DNA of 64,000 bases from Eledone cirrhosa (Eukaryota). Every line of letters begins with the position of its first letter. Position 1 is the first letter of the stretch. Both the position numbers and the translations under genes were made by a program. Location of the stretch: positions 361,770,001 to 361,834,000 of the forward strand of contig OZ024742.1 in assembly GCA_964016885.1 (NCBI GenBank), given 5' to 3'. Of the stretch, positions 1 to 13,870 are shown in pieces. The notes below the pieces were generated by a model. The model searched no databases. It worked only from the letters and a program-made list of their open reading frames with translations, and was not told the DNA's origin.

Positions 1-123
1 ATATATATATAGCGATTCGACAGAGGTGACAGTAGAATATTTACAATTAGAAAAAAAATAAAACCACGGTTTCAGTTGTATGCTTTCAAATTCTCAGTTA
101 CCTGGAAATAACATCATTATAAT

Positions 124-243
124 ACTGAGTTCAAATCCCGCCGAGGTTGACTTTGCCTTTCATCTTTACGGGATCGATAAAATAAAGTACCAGTAATGCA
201 CTGGGTAATTACTGGCCTTGTGCCTAAAGTAGAAACAATTATA
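124..243 (+). mobile_element. SINE fragment with Nin/Deu-like central domain
   Basis: ctgagttcaaatcccgccgaggttgactttgcctttcat...gatcgataaaataaagtaccagt; related copies near 942-1010, 2515-2610, 4280-4480, 20225-20310 and 61178-61370 (-). Confidence 0.75.
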
Positions 244-689
244 ATAAGTAAAAAAAAATTAATTGCTGTCGAAAGGTTATCATCAATATCAATAGAGTCT
301 ATATTACAAGGTATGAAGAAAACACATAGAACAATGAATAACTGTCTGTATGTAACTCTGTGATGGCGAGTGGCTTAGTGGTTAGAGCGTTTGAGGTGAT
401 AACAGTGCTTGTGTCACAATTTCATGCAGGGCTTAAAATGTGAAAAAAAGCAAACATTTTTATGATTAAACATAAAAAACAATAACAACAACAAAGAATA
501 CACCAAAAACAAAAGATTCGGCCTTTTGTTTATTTATTGAGAATAATTGCGGAAATAATTTTTGTCGAAAGGAAATTAATTAAAGAAATATCTTCCGACA
601 ATTTGTCACGCAACAAATTATAAATATAAATGTAATTGGAGTTGTTTAGTTGAGAAAAGTCCACGAGCTAAAGTGATAATTATTATAAA

Positions 690-932
690 AATAACAACAA
701 TAATGTTAACATCAACAGAAACAATACCAGCAACAACAACAACAACATTAACAACAACAGCAACAACATCAACAACATCAACAACATCAACATCAACATC
801 ATTAACAACAACAAAATCAACAACAACAACATTAACAACAAAAACAACATCAACAACAACATCAATAACAACAACAAAAATAGCAACATCAACATCAACA
901 ACATCAACAACAACATCAACATCAACATCAGC
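690..932. repeat. (AAC/ATC)n degenerate trinucleotide tract
   Basis: aacaacaacatcaacaaca...; explains the poly-T/V/L ORFs. Confidence 0.95.
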
Positions 933-1009
933 CATTTTACTTTCTGAGTTCAAATTTCACCGATGTTAGCTTTGCCTTTGATCCTTCTGGGGTCGTTAAA
1001 GTTAAATAC

Positions 1010-1068
1010 CGCTTGTAATCGCGATCGTATTCTTTCGGTCATTACCACAGATTCATGACCATAGGCAC
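1010..1068 (-). mobile_element. RTE-clade (Rex3/Expander-like) LINE fragment
   Basis: Minus strand reads AYGHESVVMTERIRSRLQA; same family as 11660-12080. Confidence 0.6.
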
Positions 1069-2864
1069 GAAAACCGAATAATTTGTCTTTTGATAGAAAA
1101 AAAAAAATCTAAAAAATTACCCACTTCTAGCTTTTAAAAAGTGAACCAACCCAGATTCCTCGTATTGACAACAAAATGATTTTTGCTCTTCAGATTTTTA
1201 CAACTGAAATGCTTGCAACCATATCTTTCTACTAACATTTTGAAGTAATATTTTCTAGTTGAGACTTTCTCTGTCAGTTTCGACAATGGGTATTTACATA
1301 TTCGATCAACCAAATTCCTATTAAAGTGAAAGTGACTGAGTATTCCAGAGATCCGTGTAATATTACTATAGACAGCACCACTACCAACAAGAAAAAACGA
1401 TTATCGTAACTGCCTTTTTTACCTCTATCAAAATGTCCTCTGCTCCTCGGAGCTGGCTAATCTCGTATGATCACCATTCATCCCTTTCGCCTCTCCGCTT
1501 CTCTCCAGCCATTGTTGCTTTCAACACCCGCCATCCCTGTACTAACCACTACGCCCAGAATATCGGTCCTCTGGAATTCTGATTCTGCTAATATCTTTAC
1601 TTGGAAAGTTGACTTGCTACAATTTAAACAAAACATCAACGGCATCAAACTCTCAGATTTCGGAAAGGCTGTGAAAGCCATGGGAACTGCCCCTTATCTA
1701 TAAAATTATAAGCAAACAAAAGACAATGACAAAAAAAAAAAAACCCCTCATCATTTACGGTAGTTACCTACATTCAACATTTACTCCCCGATCCCAGATT
1801 TCGGACAGCCTGTGAAGGCTATGGGTATTTCCCTTCCACCAGACCTATTAAAAACAAACAAAGAAAAAATAAACAAACAAACTTTTACGGCATTTACCTA
1901 TTTAGGACATTTGCTCATTTACGTTGCATTATCTGATTGGAAGCATAGAACTGTGGAATGGAACTTTGAGATTAGATTGTGTTTTAGCAGTTTTGTCGAA
2001 GAAACAAATTGAAATTCTATTTTCTTTCATTATGAGATGAAGAAAGAGAACTGAAGTATCATTTCTTCGATCGATTAGAGAAATCTATTAATCATGATTC
2101 CTTGTAATCGAAAATATAACGCCAGCGCGCTTCTCTCTTGTATCCAGGAAATCTCCTTGAAACTATATCATTGATAGTTCTAAGAAATTTCACAAAGAAG
2201 CAATTTTATCTTGAAATTAATCTTGGCCTTTATTTACCAAATACCACCATTGAATCCACCATGTTTATATACAACAAGGAGCAGGTGAGAACCATTGAAT
2301 ACATTGCGGTTTATTACATCCAAATCGGTGAATATTGATTGAATCTCAGTCTAAACATGGTTCCCCTTCAAAGTATTTCCATTCTATGTGGATTTCTAAA
2401 ATCGAAAGACGACGAGAAAATATATTTATATATCAGTTTCATACTTCAAGGTGCCGAAGTGTCAGAGTCATTAGGGGAGTCACATCAAATGTTTCAGTGC
2501 TTGTTTCAACTCACTGCGCTCTGGGTTCAAATCTCGCTGAGGTCAATTCTATCCATTTATCCATTCGAGGTCGATAAACAATCTACCAGTCCAGTACTGA
2601 GGTCAATTATTTCGATATATCTCTTTATCTCTTTCTCCTGCTCTTTCTCTAGAAGATATTTGCTATATTCACATTTAGAGGAGAATGGACTCTGCCAGGT
2701 ATGAAATGCCCAAGACATGCCATGTGTCAGGATGGCGACCCTAAGAATCCATCAGGAGGTAAGGGACCTTTATTTTCTAAATTTCGAATAGAATATTGTA
2801 TTTCAGAATATGAATATTTATATTAAAATATGTCTTCACTAATAGCAAAGATAATAAAATTATT

Positions 2865-3340
<476 letters not shown>

Positions 3341-4576
3341 CCTTCTATCGGAACCCTTACGTATTACATATTTTAGGGCCGCTTTATGCTCAGCTATTTG
3401 TACGTTACTTTGCTCTTCTATTTATTTTACAACTGGCGCCTGCACCGTCAGAACGACGGAGGTTCAACAAGAACCACCGCAATAAAAATATGTAATGGTA
3501 AAAATCATGTAATGGAGTTGAAATAATGATTTATTAAAGTAACGTCTCACAGTTGAGAAATTGAAATTAAATTATTTTCCTGTTCGATCAATGTTTAATT
3601 ACAAAAAAAATCAATCAGATGTATTGGAAGCTTCCATTACTTAATCGTTAATCTAAAACTTGAAAAGTCCTCTAATTTTGAAAAAAATATAAATAAAAAT
3701 AAAAATTCAGCAGAAAATAATATATTTCTGCAGAAGGAATTCAACTAAATTACATTGTGACTTCAATAACCGACATGTATTTTGAAATTATATATTTCTG
3801 CTGACTATTAAACATTGTGTGACAAGACTGAGGGGATCCGTTAGCAGGCTTCCAAACAGTCTCCGTCTCCCAAATGACACTCACAAGACTTAGGTTGACA
3901 CGTGGCTTTGGTAAATGATACTTGTTTCAAGATGGCACTCAGTGAGATCAAACACGGATACTCATGATTACGAAATGAGCTTCATAACCATTCGGACACA
4001 CTGCATCCAAATGAGATTATATATCATTATGTTAAATCACTTTCCCTTCGATCGATATTTATTGACAAACCATCAATATATTGGAAGTATCCATTATTTA
4101 GATATTAATCTAAACCTCAGTCCTCCAATATAAAAGAAAAACGAAACAAAAACAAATAAATAAAACAAATAACGAATTTCTTAGAAAGAAATTCAACAAA
4201 ATTACTTTGTTGTCAGACAGACTTTCATTTAAAAATTATTATTTTCATCCAGAATTTTATTATTTTATGTGGTCGAGGGCTGTAGATTGGCAGTATCGAT
4301 AGAGCGTCAGACAACATGCCATGTGGCATATACATTCGTTCCATACGTTCTGAGTTTAAATCTCGCTGAGGTTAGCTTTGATTTTCATCAGTATGGTGTC
4401 AATAAAACAAAGTACCAGTAACGCACCGGGGTCGATTTAATCGATTTAATGTTGGCTGTGTGCTTAAATCAGAAACCATTATTTCGGACGGGCGTAGCAT
4501 GGCCAAATGGCTAAGGAGTTTGCTTCGCAATTTTATTGAACAGAAATCTGGCTGTTTCCACGCATAGATAAACCAA

Positions 4577-4626
<50 letters not shown>

Positions 4627-4652
4627 ATGTAATAAACAACATAAGGCAATTA

Positions 4653-4712
4653 TTCCATTTACCAGTGGTTTCTTAAAAGCAAAAGGTTTTGCTTTCGATC
4701 ATCAGAACGGAA
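4653..4712 (-). ncRNA. Type I hammerhead ribozyme
   Basis: Reverse-complement copy of the 4801-4860 motif. Confidence 0.8.
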
Positions 4713-4800
4713 AAAGCTGGTTTGTTTATTGAATTTGGATTACAAAAGCAAAACCAGATTTTTGGTTTTGTAATCCAAATTCAATAAACAAACCAGCTTT

Positions 4801-4860
4801 TTCCGTTCTGATGATTGAAAGCAAAACCTTTTGCTTTTAAGAAACCACTGGTAAATGGAA
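4801..4860 (+). ncRNA. Type I hammerhead ribozyme, canonical core
   Basis: ttccgtt-CTGATGA-ttgaaagcaaaa/cc/ttttgcttttaa-GAAA-C-cactg-GTA-aatggaa; stems I, II and III all pair. Confidence 0.85.
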
Positions 4861-4960
4861 TAATTGCCTTATGTTGTTTATTACATAATAATAATAATTA
4901 AGCTCTGTTGCCTACATAGAGCACTCTTTTTTCCTGGACTTTTCCGATGGAATTACTTCA

Positions 4961-5014
<54 letters not shown>

Positions 5015-5021
<7 letters not shown>

Positions 5022-5850
5022 GTGAGGTTTTTTTTACAAAATGAAAAATAACCGAGGTGTCCTACACGAGTGAAAGTATAAAGAAAAAAAAAATGAAATC
5101 GAAAATGCAACTGGAGTCTTATTTTTAAAAAAATGTATATTTATTTGGTTCCTTTACCGGTTTCGCAGTTCTTCTGCTTTTCAAAAGTAGAGTTGAGATG
5201 GAGGGTCTGTGGTTTTTCTCACATCTGGTTGGTCATTGAATGTTACTTGTTTTATATGGAAAAAAGTGGCTCGAAACCTGGCAGGTTTTTAGAGAAGTAA
5301 TTTGATTGGTTGGTCAATAAGTATAATAAATTTCGGGCCAGTTCGCGTTACAAAGTTCTTCAAACAGGGGGGAGGGCTCAGGTTGTTTTTTCATATATGA
5401 GTGTTTGAATTTCTTTTTACTTAAAAAAAGGGGGCTCACGAAGGCTTCTTTTTTTATAAATGTAATTTGATTGGTTATAAATGAAATTATGGCTGTCACG
5501 TGAACAAGTTCATTAAATTTCGCGCACGTATTTGTGAATTTATTTTGTAGCCTTTTAGAGAATTTTAAGACAAACAAAAGATAATGGTCAAGAGAAATAG
5601 GATGGGAGAATTGTTCTGGTTCAGTGAATATAGCAGGTTGTTTTTTCATATATGAGTGAAATTTGGTTGGTTGATGTAGTCACGTGAATAAGTATATCAG
5701 CTTTCGCGTAAGTTTGTTTGAATTTCTTTTTACTTTAAAAAAAGTGGCTCACGAAGGCTTTTTTAAAATAAATATAATTTGATTGGTTATAAATGAAATT
5801 ATGACTGTCACGTGAACACGTTCATTAAATACGTCATTATTATTACTATA
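5015..5850 (-). mobile_element. Solo PLE pseudo-LTR fragment related to the 20888-24662 element
   Basis: Shares aaaaaagtggctc and tttgattggt...tca(c/t)gtgaa blocks and HHR layout with 21040-21250; bounded by (TA)n. Confidence 0.65.
5152..5187 (-). ncRNA. Minimal type I HHR, U3:A8 core variant
   Basis: Minus strand: ctt-TTGAAAA-gcag/aagaa/ctgc-GAAA-C-cg-GTA-aag. Confidence 0.7.
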
Positions 5851-5889
5851 TATGAAATGAAATGAAATGAAATGAAATGAAATGAAATG

Positions 5890-5950
<61 letters not shown>

Positions 5951-6067
5951 TATATATATATATATAAGTATATATATATATACTTATATATATATATATA
6001 CTTATAGATATATATAATATATAATGCTCCTTTCTCCATCTCTATTAATAATAATATTCCTAAATTA

Positions 6068-6754
6068 TTGTTTAGTGCCTTAAATAAATGCTTCCCTCCC
6101 TCACATATCTATAGTAAAATATTTAACAAACACACTATAAAATTTTCCTATTCGACACCCTCCAACATTTCCAACATTATCTCTAAACACAACAATAAAA
6201 TACTAAATACTAAATCTCTTCCTTCCAACACTGAATATCACAATAATAGTAATAGTACTCCCGACGTCATTGTAAACTCTAGGCTAATTTCTGCAAACCC
6301 AAATACAACGTCAAACACAACTTCGCTAAATGTTCTGAATCCCATTCTAAATCAAGAAACTATTATTCCTATCGCAAATAACTTCTCCAATCCAATTCCT
6401 TCTATAGATAACACTAGGTCACTCGTTAATAATATCTCTAATCGCAATTGCAATTGCCCTGTTAAAAATAAATGTCCTCTCAACAACCATTGTCTTGATA
6501 AAAACTTAATCTACGAATGTAAAGTTATAACTGACACCAATTCCTTCGCCTATTTTGGCTCCACTTCCACCTCTTTTAAAGCTCGTCTTTATAATCATCA
6601 TTTGTCTTTTAAATACCAACTTAAAAGAACCAACACGGCTCTCTCAGAACTCATATGGTCCTTGAAAGACAAAAATATTAAATATAACATCTCTTGGAAA
6701 AAGGTTTCCTCTGCTTCGTCAGTTCTCTATCCAAGACTTGCAATCTTTGTCTAA
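6068..6754 (+). pseudogene. PLE C-terminal fragment with GIY-YIG endonuclease, frameshifted at the end
   Basis: GIY-YIG-like IY/YFG bipartite motif with catalytic R and H. Confidence 0.8.
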
Positions 6755-7301
6755 ATGAAAAATGTACCATTATATCTAATTTAGATTCTATAATAAATAG
6801 ACGCACTGACTTGTTTTCTCTCTGCTTGCATAAATTCCATAGAACATTCCATAAAGTCTACAGCTAATATCCAATACTTTATCAATTTAGAATCCTTTTC
6901 TCAAAGGCACATATATATATATATATACTTCTTTAAAAAATATACCCATCTTTCTACCTTATTTCAAAGTTATTTATTATACATTATATAATACTTGTTA
7001 CTCATTCTATATCACTCCTATTTATCACTGCCCTTTCTTCCTTTTCCTTTTCTTTTCTTTTTCTTTTAATTTCTAACACCTAATCTGTACCTTTTCTCAC
7101 TGTGCCTAACATTGAAACAATTATTACACAATACAATATATTCTTACTTTATATCACCTTGAAAAAATCCTTCGTAAACATAAACATTTTTTTTTTACGT
7201 TAGATTATTCATCCTCAATTCATTATTTTTTTCTCCCTTTCATCTAACTTACTCATGCTCATCTCACAATATATCCTTACTTACATTACTTGTTTTTTTA
7301 A

Positions 7302-7470
7302 TAATACATATCAACATTTTCTTTCCATCGCACATATTATTAAACCCTTAAATATTATTCTTAATACATATTAACATTTTCTTTCCATCGCTCATATTAT
7401 TAAACCCTTAAATATTATTCTTAATACATATTAACATTTTCTGTTTCATCGCACATATTATTAAACCCTT
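7302..7470. repeat. About 60-bp tandem repeat x3 in the PLE 3' UTR
   Basis: taatacatat(c/t)aacattttctttccatcgcacatattattaaaccctt repeated. Confidence 0.9.
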
Positions 7471-7822
7471 CAATATACAAACCTTAACTTTACATTATTT
7501 TTTTCTCTTCGTTAATTTTCAAATTCTTTTAATTTATACATTATCTTCCAACGGTTTTTCAACCTCTCTATGTAAAACAATATATTTTTCTCAGTTATAA
7601 AAGCTATCTCTCTCTATCACCCATCTCTCCTCCTATCTCATCCTTCCTCATTATACTCCTCCCCCTCCACTTTTTACTCTCATCTCCTCCTCTTTTTCAT
7701 TCTCCCCCCCCCCTCAAAATTTTTTTGCCAAATATCACACATCAATCTAAAACTACTTTTCATATGTTGATTTAAAACTGCACTATTCACAAGTGTTTTT
7801 TAACCTTCATATCATGTCTTCC

Positions 7823-7893
7823 TATTTTATTTGATGAAAACACAAATATTATTGCATGATGATATTTGTTTTTGAAATGCGCATAATAAAATA
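7823..7893 (+). ncRNA. Type I HHR (U3 variant) in PLE pLTR
   Basis: tattttat-TTGATGA-stem II (acaaatatt/gatatttgt)-GAAA-T-gcgc-ATA-ataaaata. Confidence 0.8.
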
Positions 7894-8057
7894 CATGGAA
7901 CTCTTTTAACCATCTTTTGATCTTATATATTATGTATACTCCAGTCCTACAAACTGTAGAGTGCTTCTTATCCGATATCTGCATTGCTTTATTGTACTAT
8001 AATAAAACTCACCTCCTACATATATAAGTATATATATATATATATATATATATATAA

Positions 8058-8140
<83 letters not shown>

Positions 8141-8244
8141 TATATATATAAGTATATATATATATAAGTAACAGCCGTACTAAGAGTGGGAAATGAAATT
8201 TCGTTTCATTTTTTCCGTTTATATATATATATATATATATGTAT

Positions 8245-8404
8245 ATTTATTAAAATAACAGATTAAAGTTTAAGCAAAGAATCGCTGCTTTCACCCTTAA
8301 CGGGATCTTCTGAAACTCTATTTGCTCTACGGTTCTTATATATTTGATATATATTTATCCTTATCGAGCCCTCTTAGGATTTTAGTCTTCAAATTTATTA
8401 TTAT

Positions 8405-8410
<6 letters not shown>
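8245..8410. mobile_element. Rearranged pLTR-like end, HHR-like motif at 8267-8317 (-)
   Basis: Same family as 8680-8765, 47640-47890 and 55865-56035. Confidence 0.7.
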
Positions 8411-8453
<43 letters not shown>

Positions 8454-8534
8454 TAAATATAAATATATATATATGTATGTATGTATATATATTTGTATAT
8501 ATACACGTATATGCCAATATGTACGTATGCAATC

Positions 8535-8632
<98 letters not shown>

Positions 8633-8761
8633 TATATATTTATTAAATATTTATATATATATATTTATATATAAATATTTACCCTACAGTTCTTATATAT
8701 CTGATATATATTTATCCTTATCGAGCCCTCTTTGGATTTTAGTCTTCAAATTTATCATTAT

Positions 8762-8898
<137 letters not shown>

Positions 8899-10899
8899 CG
8901 TGCGCGTATGGTGTGTGGTGTGAGTGTGCATACACTCTTACGCAAAGTCATAAATATAAATTCTACCAAATTTACTCATGCATTCTTTGTCGATCGAACG
9001 GAGTTGTGGAGCTCTAATGAAAACTCGTAAATCTAACAGCGAGAATAAACGAGATAATAACAGGAAGTTGTCTTTTCCACGTGCATTGTTATATTCTATG
9101 AGCAACCTACGTAATCGTCTCACTTGGTCACATTTAAAGTAAAATAGAAATAGGTCGTTTGAGTGTTAAGTAACTTAAGATGAGAGTCGGATTAAGTGTT
9201 TGTGTGGAGTCAAATACAATGCTGTCTCCATACATAGAGTCGGTAAAAAAACAATTTATTTCGAATGATAAATAAGATTTATTTGAATAAAATGATTCAC
9301 TTCTTCTCCAGCTGACGTAAACATGTGGTCATTCTGTTTAATGGTTAATCCCACCTTGCTTAAATATATTAATTTAGGATCAATGACCCTGTTGGTTGAC
9401 GAAATGGGTTCGGGCTGGTGCATCATTGACCCAGTTCTATTTTTGTCAGGTCCTCCATCGGGTCTTACTCTTGCCAACCGTGAATAATAATAAACTTCGT
9501 TGAAGAAGTCTAATAAATGTTGGTCTGGTAGTTTATTGTTCAATCAATTCATTTGTGGGATTCTATACAAGCAACAAATAAAATATGGAACCAAATGATT
9601 CTTCTTACGTGAATGAATATCCTGAAGATATCAGAAGAGAGGTGCTTACCATTATTTGGTATTTATTGGCAATTCTCTATTGCAATCTTCTCTTACATGA
9701 AATCCCCGGGAAAATAAACAAAATTGACACGAAAGAAATTCTATCCGAAGTGGAATGAAACAAAAAAAATAACAAAACACAAAAAATAACAACAAAAAAC
9801 AATAACACTGCTATTAACTTCTAATTTAGACACAAGCCGAGCAGTTAGAGGGAAAAGTAAAGTTGATTATATCAATCTGATACTTGACTGGTATTTTGGT
9901 TTTATCCTGAAAGACATTGTCGTCTGCATTTAACACTCTGCCTCAGTAACTGACACAATATGAGACTGCTAAGTTAGAACTCTTTGACAAGACGCATTTA
10001 AGTTCTCCTGGCAGTGGGTAGCAACATATAACATTGCAATTCACGGAACTTCGAACATTCAACAACGAAAATATTTAATTGCGCTATAGCTGTTCCATTG
10101 TTAGTTCACATTTTTCTTATTTTTATTGTTTATTTTATACTTCCACACCAGTCCTAATTCATACCTATAAGAATAGATACCTTTCTCAGTTTGTCATGGC
10201 TTACCAGCTCTCAACAGATATTAAAATTTGATTAAATAAATAAAATACCAGTTTGAAAGATAGACCACCTAAAAACTGGTCTTAAAATATGCTATCAAGG
10301 CTGGAAGTGCCATATATTGTCAATGATCAACAAACTACAAATAGAGTCTGCCAATTCATCAAGGCTACAAACAGATTCAACATATATATATATTCTATAT
10401 AACAGTCTGTGTTTTCAATGTTTTTGTTTCTTTTACCTTTCCTTCCTAATCTCTTGCTCTATCGTTTTGTTTGTTAATAAGAAGCATTAGATACCTTTCT
10501 TTGACTGTCCTTGCTTACCAGCTCTAAACGGATGTTTAATCTGAATAAATACATAAATATAAATAAAACTATCTTCCTTACACAAGTTCTGTTCATCAGT
10601 AAATCTCATTAGTGTTCCTATTGAGGAACATTTGGATCGGTTCAGTACAAGCAAACGTGCTTCATTAGTATCATTTCACTATTTCACTAACTTTAACCAT
10701 ATCCCTCAAATATATTCAAATTCGAACATCACTAACTTTATCACTATTTCATCATCTATTAATGCCACACACACACGCACTCACACTCACACTCTTACAC
10801 AAACACACACGCACAATCACATACATACACACAATCACATATATATATATATGTGTATGTATGTGTGTGTGTGTGTTTGTGTATCCTATTAATATTTCT

Positions 10900-10900
10900 G

Positions 10901-10988
<88 letters not shown>

Positions 10989-10989
10989 C

Positions 10990-11032
<43 letters not shown>
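10900..11032. repeat. (ATCT)n microsatellite
   Basis: Direct reading. Confidence 0.97.
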
Positions 11033-11034
11033 CA

Positions 11035-11420
11035 TGTCTGGAGGCTATGTCGAAAGAGGTAATATGGTGGACGAGGTTGAAAGCACTGAATCCAAACACC
11101 TTCTTCTCCAGACAATTCATCCCCTCCTTTAAATACCACTTCAAAAGGTGGGGTGGGGGTGGGGGGGTGGAGGGAGAGTTGCTTCATCCCAGTGAATTCG
11201 TTGAAAGTTGGGTAAATGTGGCGAAAATGGCCAGAGTGAATAGGCTTTCTCTGTATATAAACTTGCAGGTTGAAGAAAACAAAAGAGGAAAGACGGGAGC
11301 ACTTACAAAACATGATCCTGGAGTTGAGGGTTGTTCTATCAACAGTGTGTAAAACAAACCCGCAGTAACGTTCCCCCCTATTGGGGATTTTAATTACTTT
11401 ATTTTAATATACAGTTTATT
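11035..11420 (+). mobile_element. 3' end of a Tx1/L1-like LINE
   Basis: EVIWWTRLKAL...FKYHFKR...FVESWVNVAKMARVN; homologous to 56830-56990. Confidence 0.55.
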
Positions 11421-11435
11421 TACAGTCTGAGCCTA

Positions 11436-11497
<62 letters not shown>

Positions 11498-11659
11498 ACA
11501 TATAAGGTCTTCATGGCGAGCCAGAAGAAAATAATATAGTAGATAAATAGGGGATCATTTAGTTATATTCCTGACAGAGGCCTCTAATGACAACATAAAT
11601 AAAATACCTTTTGTTATTAATGTTTTCTTTCACTATTATTGACTCTAAACACGAAAAAA

Positions 11660-12080
11660 CAAACTTCTTCTTCTTCTTCTTCTTCTTGGGAGGGTCGTGG
11701 GGTCAGAGTCCCCAAACACTCCTTCCAGCAGGTACTGTCAGAAGCAACCATCTCCAACTGATCCGGCTGAATCTCCAAACGAGACCAGTCGAGCTCGTGG
11801 CTGTTATCCAACCATCTTGCTCAGGGTCTACCCTTGCGTTTCCTGCTGGCTGGTTATGCCCGTAAAATCTGTCCAACGATTCTTTCTTGAGACATTCTAA
11901 CCGCAGGCCCATAGTATCGGAGCTGTGATCTCTCAATTCGGAGAAATAGCAGCTCTACCTGGAGTGACACTCTAATCTCCGAGCTAGGCACTCTATCGAG
12001 GAACGTTAACCCTTCCGAGGAATCCTATTTCGGCCGCTTGTATTCGCGATCGTATTCTTTCGGTGACTACACAAGATTCA
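11660..12080 (-). mobile_element. RTE-clade (Rex3/Expander-like) LINE 3' fragment with (AAG)n tail
   Basis: Minus strand TERIRSRIQAAEIGFL and RFYGH; ends in a (CTT)n tract on the + strand. Confidence 0.7.
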
Positions 12081-12159
12081 ACTCAAGCCAAATTTATGTA
12101 AATCCTTCAAGAAAGCAATGGATTTTGTTTAATTTCTTAATGATTAAAACGACAATATT

Positions 12160-12520
12160 GGACGCAGCATAGCTTAATGATTAAAGAATTCGTTTTCTAA
12201 TCATTAGATCACGGGCTCGACCCCACAGATTGATATCTTGTACATGTATCATTTAGCTTAGCTTCAGATGTACGCAAGTCTTCTGAATAAAATTGAGTAG
12301 ACGGAAACTGTTTGGAATCCCGTCGCATTGATTGTTTCTATAAATCAAAGGTCCAGCCGTGTCACACACTGTCATGCTGAATCTCTCTCTGAAAATTGCG
12401 TTAAGGGTACACGTGTCTGTTAAATCCTTAACCATTTACACGTTAATCCCTGGATAAGGCTGTTCCGTTGATTTAACAAGTGGAATATTCATCGCAGATA
12501 CCGACGGAGGTTCATTCGAA
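12160..12520 (+). mobile_element. tRNA-derived SINE
   Basis: A-box-like tagcttaatgattaa and B-box-like gggctcgaccc, plus the shared gggtacacgtgtctg body. Confidence 0.6.
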
Positions 12521-12725
12521 ACAGTAAAAATCAAGTTTTGTTTGTTAGTGAAAACATTTTTCCAGAGAGGCTTGAGTGAAAAGTGTGACTTGGTAATTTC
12601 AATTAACTCTCGCTAATTAAATTATTCCTACACGTCATTAACGGTATCGTCAGCGTCTTATTTCGACAGCTTTTATTTTCCATACAAACGAATCTTAATT
12701 GTTTCAATGTTGTTGCTGATAGTGT

Positions 12726-12811
<86 letters not shown>

Positions 12812-12859
12812 GTACTGTTAACAAATGAAAGACTATACTAGGCGTTGCTATTGTTATTG

Positions 12860-12977
12860 TGGGTGTAGGTACGGTGTTGTTGCTGTTGTTATTGTTATTG
12901 TTAATGTTGGTGTTGTTCTTGATGTTGTTGTTTATTGTTGTTGTTGCTGTTGTTATTGTTAATATTGGTGTTGTTGG

Positions 12978-13023
<46 letters not shown>

Positions 13024-13870
13024 GCTGTTGTTGTGTGTTGTTGTTGGTGGTGTTGTTGGTGGTGTTGGTGTTGTTGGTGTTGTTGGTGTTGGTGGTGGTG
13101 TTGTTGGTGTTTGTGGTGTTGGTGTTGTTGGTGTTGTTGGTGTTGGTGTTGTTGGTGTTGTTGTTGGTGTTGTTGGTGGTGTTGTTGGTGTTGGTGGTGT
13201 TGATGTTGTTGGTGTTGTTGGTGTTCTTGGTGTTGGTGTTGTTGGTGTTGTTGGTGGTGTTGGTGTTGTTTGTGTTGGTGGTGGTATTGTTGCTGTTGTT
13301 GTGTGTTGTTGTTGTTGGTGTTGTTGGTGTTGTTTGTGTTGGTGTTGTTGTTGGTGTTGGTTTGTTGGTGTTGTTGGTGTTGGTGGTGTTGGTGTTGGTG
13401 GTGGTGTTGTTGGTGGTGTTGTTGGTGGTGTTGTTGGTGTTGGTGTTGTTGGTGTTGTTGGTGTTGGTGTTGTTGGTGTTGTTGGTGGTGTTGTTGGTGT
13501 TGGTGGTGTTGGTGTTATTGGTGTTGTTGGTGTTGTTGGTGTTGTTGGTGCTGGTGTTGTTGGTGTTGTTGGTGTTGGTGGTGTTGGTGTTGTTGGTGTT
13601 GGTGGTGGTGTTGTTGGTGTTGGTGTTGTTGGTGTTGGTGGTGTTGATGGTGGTGTTGGTGTTGTTGGTGTTGTTATTGTTGGTGGTGGTGGTGTTGTTT
13701 TTGTTGCTGTTGTTGTGTGTTGTTGTTGTTGGTGTTGTTGGTGGTGTTGTTGTTGCTGTTGGTGTTGTTGTGTGTTATTGTTGTTGTTGTTGGTGGTGGT
13801 GTTGCTGGCGTTGTTGGTGTTGTCGGTGGTGTTGGTGTTGTTGGTGTTTTTGTTGTTGGTGTTTTTGCTG
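12860..13870. repeat. (GTT/GGT)n degenerate low-complexity tract
   Basis: About 1 kb of gtt/ggt/tgt triplets. Confidence 0.97.

Larger units (their letters stand above)
4620..4963. mobile_element. Fold-back (inverted) pLTR-like fragment in (TA)n with an HHR on each arm
   Basis: Arms about 4620-4747 and 4766-4893 are near-perfect reverse complements; flanked by (TA)n. Confidence 0.85.
6040..8020 (+). mobile_element. 5'-truncated Penelope-like element (Cys linker, GIY-YIG, 3' UTR/pLTR)
   Basis: ORF 6068-6754: IFNKHTIKFSYS, CNCPVKNKCPLNNHC, LIYECKV..YFGSTSTSFKARLYNH; HHR in 3' region; (TA)n flanks. Confidence 0.85.

Noticed and set aside
618-969. Thr-rich mucin-like ORF and its opposite-strand ORFs
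   Set aside because: Produced by the (AAC/ATC)n tract; no splice or domain support
2148-2758. Possible plus-strand exons (about 2148-2327 and 2651-2758)
   Set aside because: Splice-like signals are present but phases do not join cleanly and no protein family is recognisable
9256-9543. 95-aa minus-strand ORF
   Set aside because: No recognisable motif; bounded upstream by a stop
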